In this document: positions 43,521 through 52,850 of the stretch, piece by piece
Numbering within the stretch: the stretch's first letter is position 1
Layout: each line of letters begins with the position of its first letter
DNA from: Chloroflexota bacterium
GTDB lineage: Bacteria > Chloroflexota > Limnocylindria > P2-11E
Reading direction: 5' to 3'
DNA: 64,000 nt
Assembly (NCBI GenBank): GCA_038040265.1
Contig: JBBPIP010000013.1
Coordinates: 5,546-69,545 of the forward strand
Made by a program: the position numbers and the translations under genes
Notes under the pieces: model-generated
The model's database searches: none
Seen by the model: the letters and a program-made list of their open reading frames with translations, nothing else
Told to the model about the DNA's origin: nothing

Positions 43521-45689
43521 CTAACTCTCGTTAGACAGCGACTCCCATAGCACTTCCGCGATGTGCCGGATCCGGATCGTCTTCTCCCGCGCGTCCATCG
43601 CGCCGCGCAGGTGGGTGAGGCAGCCGGGGTTGTCCGCGATCACGAGATCGACGCCGGTCGCGTCGATGTTCGCGAGCTTGCGCTCGAGCACACGGTTCGC
43701 GACCTCGGGATATTCGAAGCTGAACGATCCGCCGAACCCGCAGCACACCGAGGACTCCGCCATCTCGACGATCTCGACGCCCGCGAGCTCACGAAGCAGC
43801 GTCCGCGGATCCTGATGGATGCCGAGGACGTTCGCGGACTGACACGCGTCGTGATAGGTCGCTCGTAGCCCGAGCCGCCGCCCGCGGAGCGGACGCTCGC
43901 GAAAGAGCGACGCGACGAACGGCGTGAACGCAGTGACCCGTTCCGCAAGCTTTTGCGCCCGCTCCGCCCAGACGGGTTCGTCTGACAGGATGCGCGCGTA
44001 GTCCTGAGCGATCGTGATCCCACAGGACGACGAGGGGATCACGATGCGGTCGGCGGAGACGCGTTCGAGCGACTCGATCGCCGCCTTCGCCATCGCGATC
44101 GCGGTCGCGCGGTCGCCGCTGTTCAGCTGCGGCAGTCCGCAGCAGCGACGGCCCTCCACGACATGGACCTCGGCGCCCATCGACTGAAGGACCCGCGCCG
44201 CCGCGTATCCCGCGCCCGGCAGAAAGTGGTCGACGATGCACGACGGGAACATCGCGATTCGCATCGTCGGCGACGCCGGATTGCTTTGCGTGATCTCGCG
44301 AGCCCGGTAGTGGAGCGGGTTGTCGGCCACCGCCGGGAGGCTCTTCTCCTGCGCGAGCGAGCCGAATGGAAGGCGCACGCTTCCATTGCGACGCAGCGGG
44401 TTCTGGAAGGTGGCGAGCCAGCCGGTGAGCCGATCGATGCGATCGGGCGTCGACCACTGGCGCATGAAGAGACGCTTCGCCCACGACATACCGGTCCGGT
44501 CCACCGCCTTTGCGCGGACGTCGCTGATGAGCGACGCGAGCGGAATCGTCACAGGGCAGACCGTGTCGCACGCGTTGCAGCCCATACAGAGGGCCTGCTC
44601 GTGAGCGACGCTGTCGATGCCGTGATGCCAGGGCGAAACGACGAGGCCGATGGGTCCCGTGTAGATGTGACCGAACACGTGCCCGCCCACTTCCTGGTAG
44701 CTCGGACACACGTTGCTGCACGCGCCGCAACGGATGCAGCGGAGGGCGTCGCGGGCGAACGGGTCGTCGCGCATTGCCATTCGACCGTTGTCGAGGAGTA
44801 CGAAGTGGAGCTCCTTTGGTCCGTGCACGCCGATCTGCGTCTTGAGCTCGATGTCGGCCGTGCGCGATGGTCCCGTGATGAACTGGGTGTACGACGTGAT
44901 CTTCTGACCCGTCCCGCTTCGCGCGAGTAGCTTCACGATCGCGATGGCGTCGTCGATCGTAGGGACGATCTTCTCGATCCCCACGACCGCGATATGCACT
45001 GCGGGCAAGGTCGTGGCGAGGTCGGCGTTGCCTTCGTTCGTAACGAGCAGGAGCGTGCCGGTGTCGGCGATGAGCGCGTTGCCGCCGGTGATCCCGATGT
45101 CCGCATCGATGAAACTTTGCCGCAGCTCCTTCCGAGCGACCGCGACGAGCGACGCGATGTCGTCCGGGACCGGATGACCGACGACCTTGCTGAAGAGCGC
45201 CGCGACCTCCTCGCGCGTCTTGTGGATCGCGGGGGCGATGAGGTGCGACGGCCGCTCACCGGCGAGCTGGATGATCCACTCGCCGAGGTCGGTTTCCACC
45301 GCGTGGATGCCCTGCGACTCGAGGTGATCGGTGAGGCCGATCTCCTCGGTCGCCATCGACTTCGACTTCACGACGAGCTTCGCCTTCTTCGCGCGGCAGA
45401 TCGCGGTGACGATCCGGCGGGCCTCCTCGGCGTCGACCGCGCGGTAGACCTTGGCGCCGACCGCCTCGGCCTCGCGCGTGAAGCGCTCGACCAGCTCCGG
45501 CATGTCGTCGATCGCCTTCGCCTTGCGCGCGGTGAGGTCCGCGCGCAGGCCCGACCAATCGATCTCGCGCATCCGGGCGTCGCGCCGCTCCTTGAGCTCG
45601 GGGAGCGCGCGACGAAGCGCGGTGCGCAGTCGATCGGACGCGAGCGCGCGATCCAGGCGCCGTTTGAACTCGGTCTTCGATGTGGTCAG
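43521..45689 (-). CDS. lutB: Lactate utilisation LutB (LUD + 4Fe-4S) fused to LutA-like CCG domains
   Basis: VKSKSMATEE, ETDLGEWI, PSHLIAPAIH, TNEGN, CIRCGACSNVCP, CMGCNACDTVCPV, then CCG motifs (RCCGLP, VCCGFGG). Start extended to CTG 45689; track start 45572. Confidence 0.88.
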   Translation of the reverse strand: MTTSKTEFKRRLDRALASDRLRTALRRALPELKERRDARMREIDWSGLRADLTARKAKAIDDMPELVERFTREAEAVGAKVYRAVDAEEARRIVTAICRAKKAKLVVKSKSMATEEIGLTDHLESQGIHAVETDLGEWIIQLAGERPSHLIAPAIHKTREEVAALFSKVVGHPVPDDIASLVAVARKELRQSFIDADIGITGGNALIADTGTLLLVTNEGNADLATTLPAVHIAVVGIEKIVPTIDDAIAIVKLLARSGTGQKITSYTQFITGPSRTADIELKTQIGVHGPKELHFVLLDNGRMAMRDDPFARDALRCIRCGACSNVCPSYQEVGGHVFGHIYTGPIGLVVSPWHHGIDSVAHEQALCMGCNACDTVCPVTIPLASLISDVRAKAVDRTGMSWAKRLFMRQWSTPDRIDRLTGWLATFQNPLRRNGSVRLPFGSLAQEKSLPAVADNPLHYRAREITQSNPASPTMRIAMFPSCIVDHFLPGAGYAAARVLQSMGAEVHVVEGRRCCGLPQLNSGDRATAIAMAKAAIESLERVSADRIVIPSSSCGITIAQDYARILSDEPVWAERAQKLAERVTAFTPFVASLFRERPLRGRRLGLRATYHDACQSANVLGIHQDPRTLLRELAGVEIVEMAESSVCCGFGGSFSFEYPEVANRVLERKLANIDATGVDLVIADNPGCLTHLRGAMDAREKTIRIRHIAEVLWESLSNES

Positions 45690-45730
45690 TGCGGCTCAGC
45701 CTCCCCTCGCAGAACGTAGCGCAGTCGCGG

Positions 45731-47020
45731 TCAGCCCGTGCGGTACGCCTCGTCGAGCAGGTCGAGCAGATGCACAACGCGCACCTTATGGCCTGCCTTG
45801 CGCAGGCCGCTTTGGATCTGCATGAGACAGCCCGGATTCGCGGTCACGACCGTGTCCGCGCCCGTCTTGACGATGTTCGCGACCTTTCGGTCGAGGATCG
45901 ACCGCGCGAGGTCCGGCTGCGTGACGTTGTAGGTGCCTGCGCTGCCGCAGCACCAATCCGCTTCCTCGAGCGGGACGATGTCGAGGCCTGGGATCGCCGC
46001 GAGCAGAGCGCGCGGCTGCTCGCGGATCTTCTGGCCATGGAGCAGGTGACACGGATCGTCCCAGGTCGCCCGCCCGCGAAGCGTGCCCGGTGTCTCGCTC
46101 AGGCCGAGGTCGCCGACGTATTCGGTCGCGTCCTTGACCTTCGCGGCAAACGCCGAAGCTCGTGCCGACCAGGCGGGATCGTCCTTCAGGAGCCAGCCGT
46201 ACTCCTTCATCGCGGCGCCGCAGCCTGCGGCGTTCACGATCACGGCGTCGACGGGGTCACGTTCGAATGCGGCGATGTTGCGCCGCGCCAGGTCTCGCGC
46301 GAGTTCCCGCTCGCCGGCGTGAGCGTGCAAGGCGCCGCAGCACGTCTGACCCAACGTCGCGACGACCTCCACCCCGTTTCGGGCCAGGACCCTCGCCGTC
46401 GCAGCGTTCGTGTCCGCGAACACGCTTCCCATGACGCAGCCTTCGAGCATCGCGACGCGGCCGCGCCGCTCGCCGTGCACGGGTTTTCTCGCGACCGGAG
46501 TGGCGCTCGCGCGATCGGGGAGGAGGTCGAGTAGGTCGGCCATCCGGCGCGCGACACCGAGACGAGTCGCGCGCAGGAGCGAGCCCATCCCGAGCCGCCT
46601 CGCCGCGATCGAGAACATCGCGAACGCACTCAGCGCGCGCCGGTGCGGCAGAAGCCACTCGAACGCGGCCGTGCGAATGAGCCGCTCCACGGGCGATTGC
46701 GGTCTCGCGATGGCGATCTGCGACCGCGCCCCCTCGACGAGCTTGCCGTATTCGACGCCCGATGGGCAGGCGGTCTCGCAGGCGCGGCAGTCCAAACACT
46801 TGGAGATGTGGTCCTCGAGGCCGGACGAGTCCGCCCCGACCCGGTGCTCCCACACGGTCTTCATGAGTCGGATGCGTCCGCGCGGCGAGTCCATCTCGAC
46901 GCCGAGCACCGCGAACGTCGGGCACGTCGGCAGGCAGAAGCCGCAGTGCACGCAGGCCGCGATCAGATCCTGTGAGGGCGCGTCCGCGTTCGGGTAGGGG
47001 AGGAGCGGTAGCCCGGTCAC
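45731..47020 (-). CDS. glcF: Glycolate oxidase iron-sulfur subunit
   Basis: CVHCGFCLPTCPT, SPRGRI, CLDCRACETACPSGV, CCGALH, CCGSAGTYN; GTG 47020 (GTGA overlap). Confidence 0.93.
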   Translation of the reverse strand: MTGLPLLPYPNADAPSQDLIAACVHCGFCLPTCPTFAVLGVEMDSPRGRIRLMKTVWEHRVGADSSGLEDHISKCLDCRACETACPSGVEYGKLVEGARSQIAIARPQSPVERLIRTAAFEWLLPHRRALSAFAMFSIAARRLGMGSLLRATRLGVARRMADLLDLLPDRASATPVARKPVHGERRGRVAMLEGCVMGSVFADTNAATARVLARNGVEVVATLGQTCCGALHAHAGERELARDLARRNIAAFERDPVDAVIVNAAGCGAAMKEYGWLLKDDPAWSARASAFAAKVKDATEYVGDLGLSETPGTLRGRATWDDPCHLLHGQKIREQPRALLAAIPGLDIVPLEEADWCCGSAGTYNVTQPDLARSILDRKVANIVKTGADTVVTANPGCLMQIQSGLRKAGHKVRVVHLLDLLDEAYRTG

Positions 47021-48174
47021 GCGAATGCCGTGCGCCCCGGCTCGAGGATGCCAGCCGGATCGAAGGCCTCCTTGATGCGGCGCATGAGGAAATCGCCGTT
47101 CGGTCGCGTCGGCCACGTCAGAAGACGCGAGCGAAGATGCTCCGCCCGGCGCTCGATCCGACCCGTGCCGCCGACCACGCGCGAGGCGAGGAGCAATGCT
47201 TCCGCGTCGCGGATGACCGCATCGTCGTCGCCGAGGAGGTGCGCCCGCGTGACTCCGCTCGCGGCATCGGCGACGAGTGACGCGAGCGTCTCGAGCCGCG
47301 CGGCGCTCTCCGCAAACGCTGCCGTCGCAGCGAGCGGAAGCGACACGCGCACGAGCGCGCCGTCGGTCGCCCGGGCCGGCAGCTCGCGCATCTCGGCGAG
47401 GACGCCCGCGAGGTCGTTCATGTCGCCGCCGCGCGCGGCGATCTCCCGGCGCGCGTCGTCCACCGCGCGCTTCACGGTCGGCCCGCTGCCTCGCGCCTGT
47501 ATCGCGAGCCGCCAGCCCGTCTCATTCCACTCGACGACGCACGCCTCGGCCCGCGACGCCGCACGAACGACCGCGTGCGCGGCGGCGAACGCATCGGTGG
47601 AGCGAGCGAACCCCGCGACGAGCCCGTCGCTCGCCGCCGGGACCGGGAGGACCCTGAACGTCGCCTCGACGATCACACCAATGCTTCCGAACGAGCCCAC
47701 GAGGAGCTTGTCGAGGTCATAACCCGCGACGTTCTTGACGACGCGTCCGCCCGCCCGCGCGACCGTCCCGTCGGCGAGGGCCGTCCGCGTACCGATGAGC
47801 AGGTCGCGGACCGCGCCGTAGCGGGCGCGCCAGAAGCCGTTGGAGTTCGCGGCGATCACTCCGCCGATGGTCGCTTCGTTCCTATGTGGCGGATCGATCG
47901 GCAGGAACTGTCCCGCCCGCGCGAGCGCCGCGGCTAGGTCGGCGACGCGCATACCGGCGCCGATCGTGACGGTGAGATCGGCCGGGACGTGATCGACGAC
48001 ATCGGCGAGCCGCTCGGTGGAGAGCTCGATGTCGGTCGCCGCGGTGTCGCCGATGTACGACTTGGTTCCCGATCCCCTGATTCGGACCGTGCGGTGGTCG
48101 CGCGCGGCATCCGCGAGGAGTCGCGCGCACTCGATGTCGTCCGCCGGGATTGCGCGTGCGATTGTCGCGGTCAC
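47017..48174 (-). CDS. glcE: Glycolate oxidase FAD-binding subunit
   Basis: 'IRGSGTK', ADLTVT, ATIGG, YGAVRD, GGRVVKNVAGYDL.KL.GS.G, 'IKEAFDPAGIL.PG'; GTG 48174. Confidence 0.9.
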   Translation of the reverse strand: MTATIARAIPADDIECARLLADAARDHRTVRIRGSGTKSYIGDTAATDIELSTERLADVVDHVPADLTVTIGAGMRVADLAAALARAGQFLPIDPPHRNEATIGGVIAANSNGFWRARYGAVRDLLIGTRTALADGTVARAGGRVVKNVAGYDLDKLLVGSFGSIGVIVEATFRVLPVPAASDGLVAGFARSTDAFAAAHAVVRAASRAEACVVEWNETGWRLAIQARGSGPTVKRAVDDARREIAARGGDMNDLAGVLAEMRELPARATDGALVRVSLPLAATAAFAESAARLETLASLVADAASGVTRAHLLGDDDAVIRDAEALLLASRVVGGTGRIERRAEHLRSRLLTWPTRPNGDFLMRRIKEAFDPAGILEPGRTAFA

Positions 48175-49574
48175 CGTGCGGTCGACGCGAAGCTGAACTC
48201 GCGGCATCGGCTGGGCGTGGGAAAGATCTTGCCGGGATTCATCAGGCCGTCCGGATCGAACGCGTCCCTCACGCGAAGCATCGCCGCGAGGTCCGACGAC
48301 TGGAACTGGAGAGGCATGTAGCAGTTCTTTTCCATCCCAACGCCGTGCTCGCCGGTGATCGAGCCGCCCGCTTCGACACAGGCCGTGAGGATCTCGAGGC
48401 CCGCGGCCTTCGCGCGTTCGAGCTCGTCCGGCCCGAGCCGCGAGTCGAAGAGGATGAGCGGGTGAAGGTTGCCGTCGCCGGCGTGGAAGACGTTGGCCAC
48501 TCGAAGCCGGTGACGTACGCCAGCTTCCTTCACCAGCCTCAGGATGTCGGGGAGGCGGGTGCGCGGGATCACGCCATCCTGCACGTAGTAGTCGGGCGAG
48601 AGGCGACCCATCGCCGCGAATGCGCCCTTTCGTCCGGCCCAGAGCCGCTCGCGATCCAGTGCGCTCTTTGCGACGCGAACTTCGGTCGCGGCGTGCTCGC
48701 GGCAGATCGCTTCGATGCGCACTCGCGCGTCTTCGAGGCCGTCGCGGGGTCCGTCGACCTCCAGGAGCAGGATCCCGCCGGCATCGAGCGGGTAGCCCGC
48801 GTGGACCGCGGCCTCGACCGCTTCTGTGGCGAGCTGATCCATCATCTCCATCGCGCTCGGGACGATGCCCTCCGCGATGATCGCGGAGACGGTCTCCGAC
48901 GCCTCATCCATCGTCGCGAACGCGGCCATGAGCGTCCGCTTGTCTTCGGGCAGCGGAGTCAGCTTGACGGTGATCTCGGTCACGAGGCCGAGCGTCCCCT
49001 CGGATCCAACGAACGTGCCGACGAGGTCGTAGCCCTCGCTCTCCACGGCCTTGCCACCGAGCCGCACGACGGTTCCATCCGAGAGCACGATCTCGATCCC
49101 GGTCACGTGGTTCGTGGTGACGCCGTACGCGAGCGTGTGCGGACCGCCGGAGTTCTCGGCAACATTGCCCCCGAGCGTGCAGGCCTTCTGGCTCGACGGA
49201 TCGGGGACGAAATAGAGGCTATGCGGTGCGACCGCGGTCGACAGATGCAGATTGATCACGCCGGGCTGCACGACGGCGCGCAGGTTGGGAACGTCGATCT
49301 CCAGGATCCGCGCCATCCGCGCGAACGACACGACCACGCCGCCCTCGACCGGGATCGCGCCGCCGGAGAGGCCAGTCCCCGCCCCGCGTGGGACGATCGG
49401 TACGGAGTGCTCGTGGCAGAACCGCGCGACCGCCGCGACATCGGCGGTGCTGTCCGGAAGGACGACCGCGTCGGGTGTCGCGGTGTCGACCGCGCCGTCG
49501 TACTCGTAGAGGAGAAGGTCGTCGTGCGCTCCGAGCACCTTCGCCTCTCCGAGAAGCGCGACCAAACCGCGCAC
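48171..49574 (-). CDS. glcD: Glycolate oxidase FAD-linked subunit
   Basis: VPRGAGTGLSGG, PDPSSQKACTLGGNVAENSGG, FHAGDGNLHP, GEHGVG, FDPDGLMNPGK. May start earlier at CTG 49622. Confidence 0.93.
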   Translation of the reverse strand: MRGLVALLGEAKVLGAHDDLLLYEYDGAVDTATPDAVVLPDSTADVAAVARFCHEHSVPIVPRGAGTGLSGGAIPVEGGVVVSFARMARILEIDVPNLRAVVQPGVINLHLSTAVAPHSLYFVPDPSSQKACTLGGNVAENSGGPHTLAYGVTTNHVTGIEIVLSDGTVVRLGGKAVESEGYDLVGTFVGSEGTLGLVTEITVKLTPLPEDKRTLMAAFATMDEASETVSAIIAEGIVPSAMEMMDQLATEAVEAAVHAGYPLDAGGILLLEVDGPRDGLEDARVRIEAICREHAATEVRVAKSALDRERLWAGRKGAFAAMGRLSPDYYVQDGVIPRTRLPDILRLVKEAGVRHRLRVANVFHAGDGNLHPLILFDSRLGPDELERAKAAGLEILTACVEAGGSITGEHGVGMEKNCYMPLQFQSSDLAAMLRVRDAFDPDGLMNPGKIFPTPSRCREFSFASTAR

Positions 49575-49618
49575 CAGCGGCGCGCCCCTGAGGCCGGCGC
49601 GAACGGGCGCGGCGGTGG

Positions 49619-50449
49619 TCAGGACGCCGCTCCGGCCGGATCGCGTAGCGCGTCCGCCAGCTCCGCCGCGGCGCGACGCAGGACCGGTGCGAGCTCGGCG
49701 CAGCGCTGCCGCGTCAGCCGGTTGGCTGGAGCGGAGATGGAGAGCGCGGCGACCGGCGCACCTGCGGCCTCACGGCCCGGCGCCGGAACCACGGCCACGG
49801 CAACGCAGCGCACGCCCTCGTCGTACTCCTCGTCATCCAGGGCGTAGCCCTTCTCGCGGACGTCGTCGAGCGTGCGGCGCAGCGCGGCTCGGTCGACGAT
49901 CGTCCGTGCTGTGTAGCCGCGCAGATCGAGCCGCTCCAAAAGCGCGTCCCGGCGCGCGGCTGGCAGGTTCGCAAGAAGCGCCTTCCCGGCGCCGGTCGCA
50001 TGCAGCGGCGTGCGGTTTCCGACGACCGTGAACAGGCGCACGACCTGAGGAGAGGGCATGGTCTCGATGTACACGGCCTGCAGATCGTCTAGGACCACGA
50101 GGTTCGCGGTCTCTCGCGTCGCCTCCGTGAGGCCGCGGAGGAGCGGCCGCGCGCGAAGGCGCAGCTCGCCGAATCGGGAGCGGCCCTCGGAAAGCGTCGC
50201 GAGTTTCGCCCCCGCGTAGTAACGGCTGGTCTCCGCATTCTGGCGCACGTACCCGCGCCGAAGGAGAGTGGCGAGCAGCCGGTGGACTGTGCTGACGTGA
50301 AGGCTGGTGCGTGTGGACAGTGCTGTGATCGCGACCTCACCGTCAGCGGCGGCCAGTGCCTCGAGCAGGTCCAGCGCCCGGTCGACCGACTGGACGGAAC
50401 GTCGCGCTCGCTTGATCGCAACGGTCGGCGTAACGGTCGTGTCTTTCAC
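49619..50449 (-). CDS. IclR family transcriptional regulator
   Basis: VQSVDRALDLLE, HTH 'STVHRLLATL...GYV', 'ETANL', 'PLHATGAGKALL', 'GYALDDEE...GVRCVAV'; GTG 50449; -10 TATGCT upstream. Confidence 0.95.
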   Translation of the reverse strand: MKDTTVTPTVAIKRARRSVQSVDRALDLLEALAAADGEVAITALSTRTSLHVSTVHRLLATLLRRGYVRQNAETSRYYAGAKLATLSEGRSRFGELRLRARPLLRGLTEATRETANLVVLDDLQAVYIETMPSPQVVRLFTVVGNRTPLHATGAGKALLANLPAARRDALLERLDLRGYTARTIVDRAALRRTLDDVREKGYALDDEEYDEGVRCVAVAVVPAPGREAAGAPVAALSISAPANRLTRQRCAELAPVLRRAAAELADALRDPAGAAS

Positions 50450-50513
50450 CCGTCGGAACCCCCCATCTGCGTTGTGGAAGCATACGCGCGGACGGCCTAG
50501 CGATACTCGATAG

Positions 50514-52382
50514 GTGAACAAGACATCGCGGCGGGAGTCGCTCGAGGCTCAGGTCGCCTCGTTTCCGGCGAAACCGGGCGTCTACCTATTCAAGGACGCG
50601 AAGGGCCGCGTTCTCTACGTCGGAAAGGCGGACGTCCTGCGCGACCGGGTCCGGGCGTACTTCGGACCGAGCCTCGAGGTCCGCCACATCCGCATGGTCG
50701 AACGCGCCGAGCGCCTCGAGTACGTCCTGACCGACACCATCTCGGAGGCCTATCTCCTCGAATCGAACCTGATCAAGCAGCATCGGCCTCGCTACAACAT
50801 CCGACTTAAGGACGACAAGTCGTATCCGTACGTGAAGGTCACGCTCGGTGAGGATTTCCCGCGGATCTTGCGCACGCGCACGCTCGGCGATCGCTCTGCT
50901 CGCTACTTCGGTCCGTTCGCGAACGCCAAGTCAGTGGACCAGTCGCTCGATCTGCTGCAGAAGCTCTTTCCGTACCGCACCTGCAAGCTGAACATCGTCG
51001 TGGACGAGGACGGCCGCGGACGCACGGTGCCGCCGTCCGCACTGCCGGGCGGCCGCCCCTGCCTTCTCTTTCATCTGAAGCGCTGCACGGCACCCTGCGT
51101 CGGCAACACGACGAAAGACGAATATCGGGCGACGATCGACAAGAGCGTGCTCTTCCTCGAAGGCCGGTACGAAGCCGTCGCGCGCGACACCAAGAAGGAG
51201 ATGCAGCAGGCGTCCGATGCGCTCGCGTTCGAGCGCGCCGCGACGCTGCGCGATCGGTTCGTCGCGATCGAACGCACGCTGGACCGACAGGAGGTCCACG
51301 CGTACAAGGGCGATGACTTCGACGTGCACGCGGCCGCCGTCGACGAGGGCGATGCCGTCGTCCAGGTCTTCCGAGTCCGCGACGGGACCGTCACGAGTCG
51401 CGATTACTTCGCGCTCGAGGGCTCTGAGGGCGCGCTCGCGCCGGACGTGCTCGAGTCGTTCCTTCGCCAGCACTACGCGGTTGCCGCGGCCGTGCCGCCG
51501 GAGATCGTCGTGCCGATGCCGATACCGGAAGTGGAAGCGTTCGAGGCTTTCGCCGCGGAGCGACGAGGCGGCCCGGTCCGGGTGCTCGTGCCTCAGCGCG
51601 GCAAGAAGCGTCACCTCGCCGAGCTCGCCGAACGAAACGCGAAGGACGCGCTCGAGCAGGAGCGCGTGCGCTGGCTTGCCGATCGGGGGAAGACCGACAC
51701 CGCGCTCCGCGAGCTCGCCGACGCGCTCGGGCTCGAAGGACCGCCGAAGCGCATCGAGTGTTACGACGTGAGCCACGTTCAAGGGACGAGCGTCGTGAGC
51801 TCGATGGTCGTGTTCGAGGACGGGCGCGCGGCCAAGCACGCGTACCGCCGGTTCCGGGCGAAGATCGTGGATCGCAACGACGACCTTGCGAACATGCGCG
51901 ATACGCTGCGCCGCCGGTTCCAGCGGTCGGCGACGGACGGAGCGGGGTGGCCGGTGCCGGACCTCGTCATCCTCGACGGCGGGAGGGGGCAGCTCTCCGC
52001 CGGACAGGCCGCCCTCTCGGACGCCGGCCTGCTGCAGATCCCGATCGCGGCGCTGGCGAAGGAGCGCGAGGAGCTGTTCGTGCCGGCCCGGCCCGATCCG
52101 ATCGTCCTCCCGCGGACCTCGCAAGGGCTCTACCTGGTCCAGCGGATCCGCGACGAGGCGCACCGCTTCGCGGTGACCTACCACCAGAAGGTCCGTGCGA
52201 AACGTGCCGTGCGAAGCGTCCTCGACGACGTCGAAGGCGTGGGGCCGGCCAAGAAGCGCGCCCTTCTGCGTCGCTTTGGCAGCGTCATGGCGATGCGCGA
52301 GGCGCCGGTTTCGGACGTCGCCTCGGTCACCGGAGTCGGGACCGCGCTGGCGGAACGCATCAAGCAGGCGATCGAGGGCTAA
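50514..52382 (+). CDS. uvrC: Excinuclease ABC subunit C
   Basis: GIY-YIG PGVYLF...YVGKA, ESNLIK...PRYN..LKDDKSYPY, four-Cys region, IECYDVSH, ILDGG, RDEAHRFA, HhH. Confidence 0.98.
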   Translation: MNKTSRRESLEAQVASFPAKPGVYLFKDAKGRVLYVGKADVLRDRVRAYFGPSLEVRHIRMVERAERLEYVLTDTISEAYLLESNLIKQHRPRYNIRLKDDKSYPYVKVTLGEDFPRILRTRTLGDRSARYFGPFANAKSVDQSLDLLQKLFPYRTCKLNIVVDEDGRGRTVPPSALPGGRPCLLFHLKRCTAPCVGNTTKDEYRATIDKSVLFLEGRYEAVARDTKKEMQQASDALAFERAATLRDRFVAIERTLDRQEVHAYKGDDFDVHAAAVDEGDAVVQVFRVRDGTVTSRDYFALEGSEGALAPDVLESFLRQHYAVAAAVPPEIVVPMPIPEVEAFEAFAAERRGGPVRVLVPQRGKKRHLAELAERNAKDALEQERVRWLADRGKTDTALRELADALGLEGPPKRIECYDVSHVQGTSVVSSMVVFEDGRAAKHAYRRFRAKIVDRNDDLANMRDTLRRRFQRSATDGAGWPVPDLVILDGGRGQLSAGQAALSDAGLLQIPIAALAKEREELFVPARPDPIVLPRTSQGLYLVQRIRDEAHRFAVTYHQKVRAKRAVRSVLDDVEGVGPAKKRALLRRFGSVMAMREAPVSDVASVTGVGTALAERIKQAIEG

Positions 52383-52430
52383 CCCGACCTCAAGCTTTCG
52401 CATCCTCGGCTACATATCACTGAGTTTGGC

Positions 52431-52460
52431 TTGACTTTCGATGAGGTCGACGCGCACCTT
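52431..52460 (+). promoter_or_regulatory. Candidate sigma70 promoter for a leaderless DUF2089 operon
   Basis: TTGACT (52431-36)-N18-CACCTT (52455-60)-N6-ATG 52467. Confidence 0.5.
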
Positions 52461-52466
52461 GAGTTC

Positions 52467-52850
52467 ATGACAAATCCGGTGATCGCGCGATGCCCCATCT
52501 GCGCGGAGACGCTCACCGTGGCACGCCTCGAGTGCGGGTCCTGCGGAACGCGCATCGAAGGCTCGTTCGGCCTCGGCCGGTTCCACCACCTCACCGCGGA
52601 CCAGCTGGAGTTCCTCGAGACGTTCATCAAGGCTCGCGGCAACTTCAAAGACGTGGAGCGCGAGCTCGGAATCAGCTACCCGACGGTGCGTTCGCGGCTC
52701 GATGCGATGATCCGCGCGCTCGGCTTTCCATCTCAGGCTGAGCCCGATCGCGAGGCGGAGCGGCGCAAGGAGATCCTGAGAGAGCTCGCCGACGGTCGCA
52801 TCGCGCCCGATGACGCAGCTCAGCTCCTCGAGAAGGAGGCGGTGAATTGA
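52467..52850 (+). CDS. DUF2089 family protein (Zn ribbon + HTH + SHOCT-like tail)
   Basis: CPIC...LECGSC, 'GNFKDVERELGISYPTVRSRLD', C-terminal 'EILRELADGRI..DDA'. Confidence 0.9.
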   Translation: MTNPVIARCPICAETLTVARLECGSCGTRIEGSFGLGRFHHLTADQLEFLETFIKARGNFKDVERELGISYPTVRSRLDAMIRALGFPSQAEPDREAERRKEILRELADGRIAPDDAAQLLEKEAVN

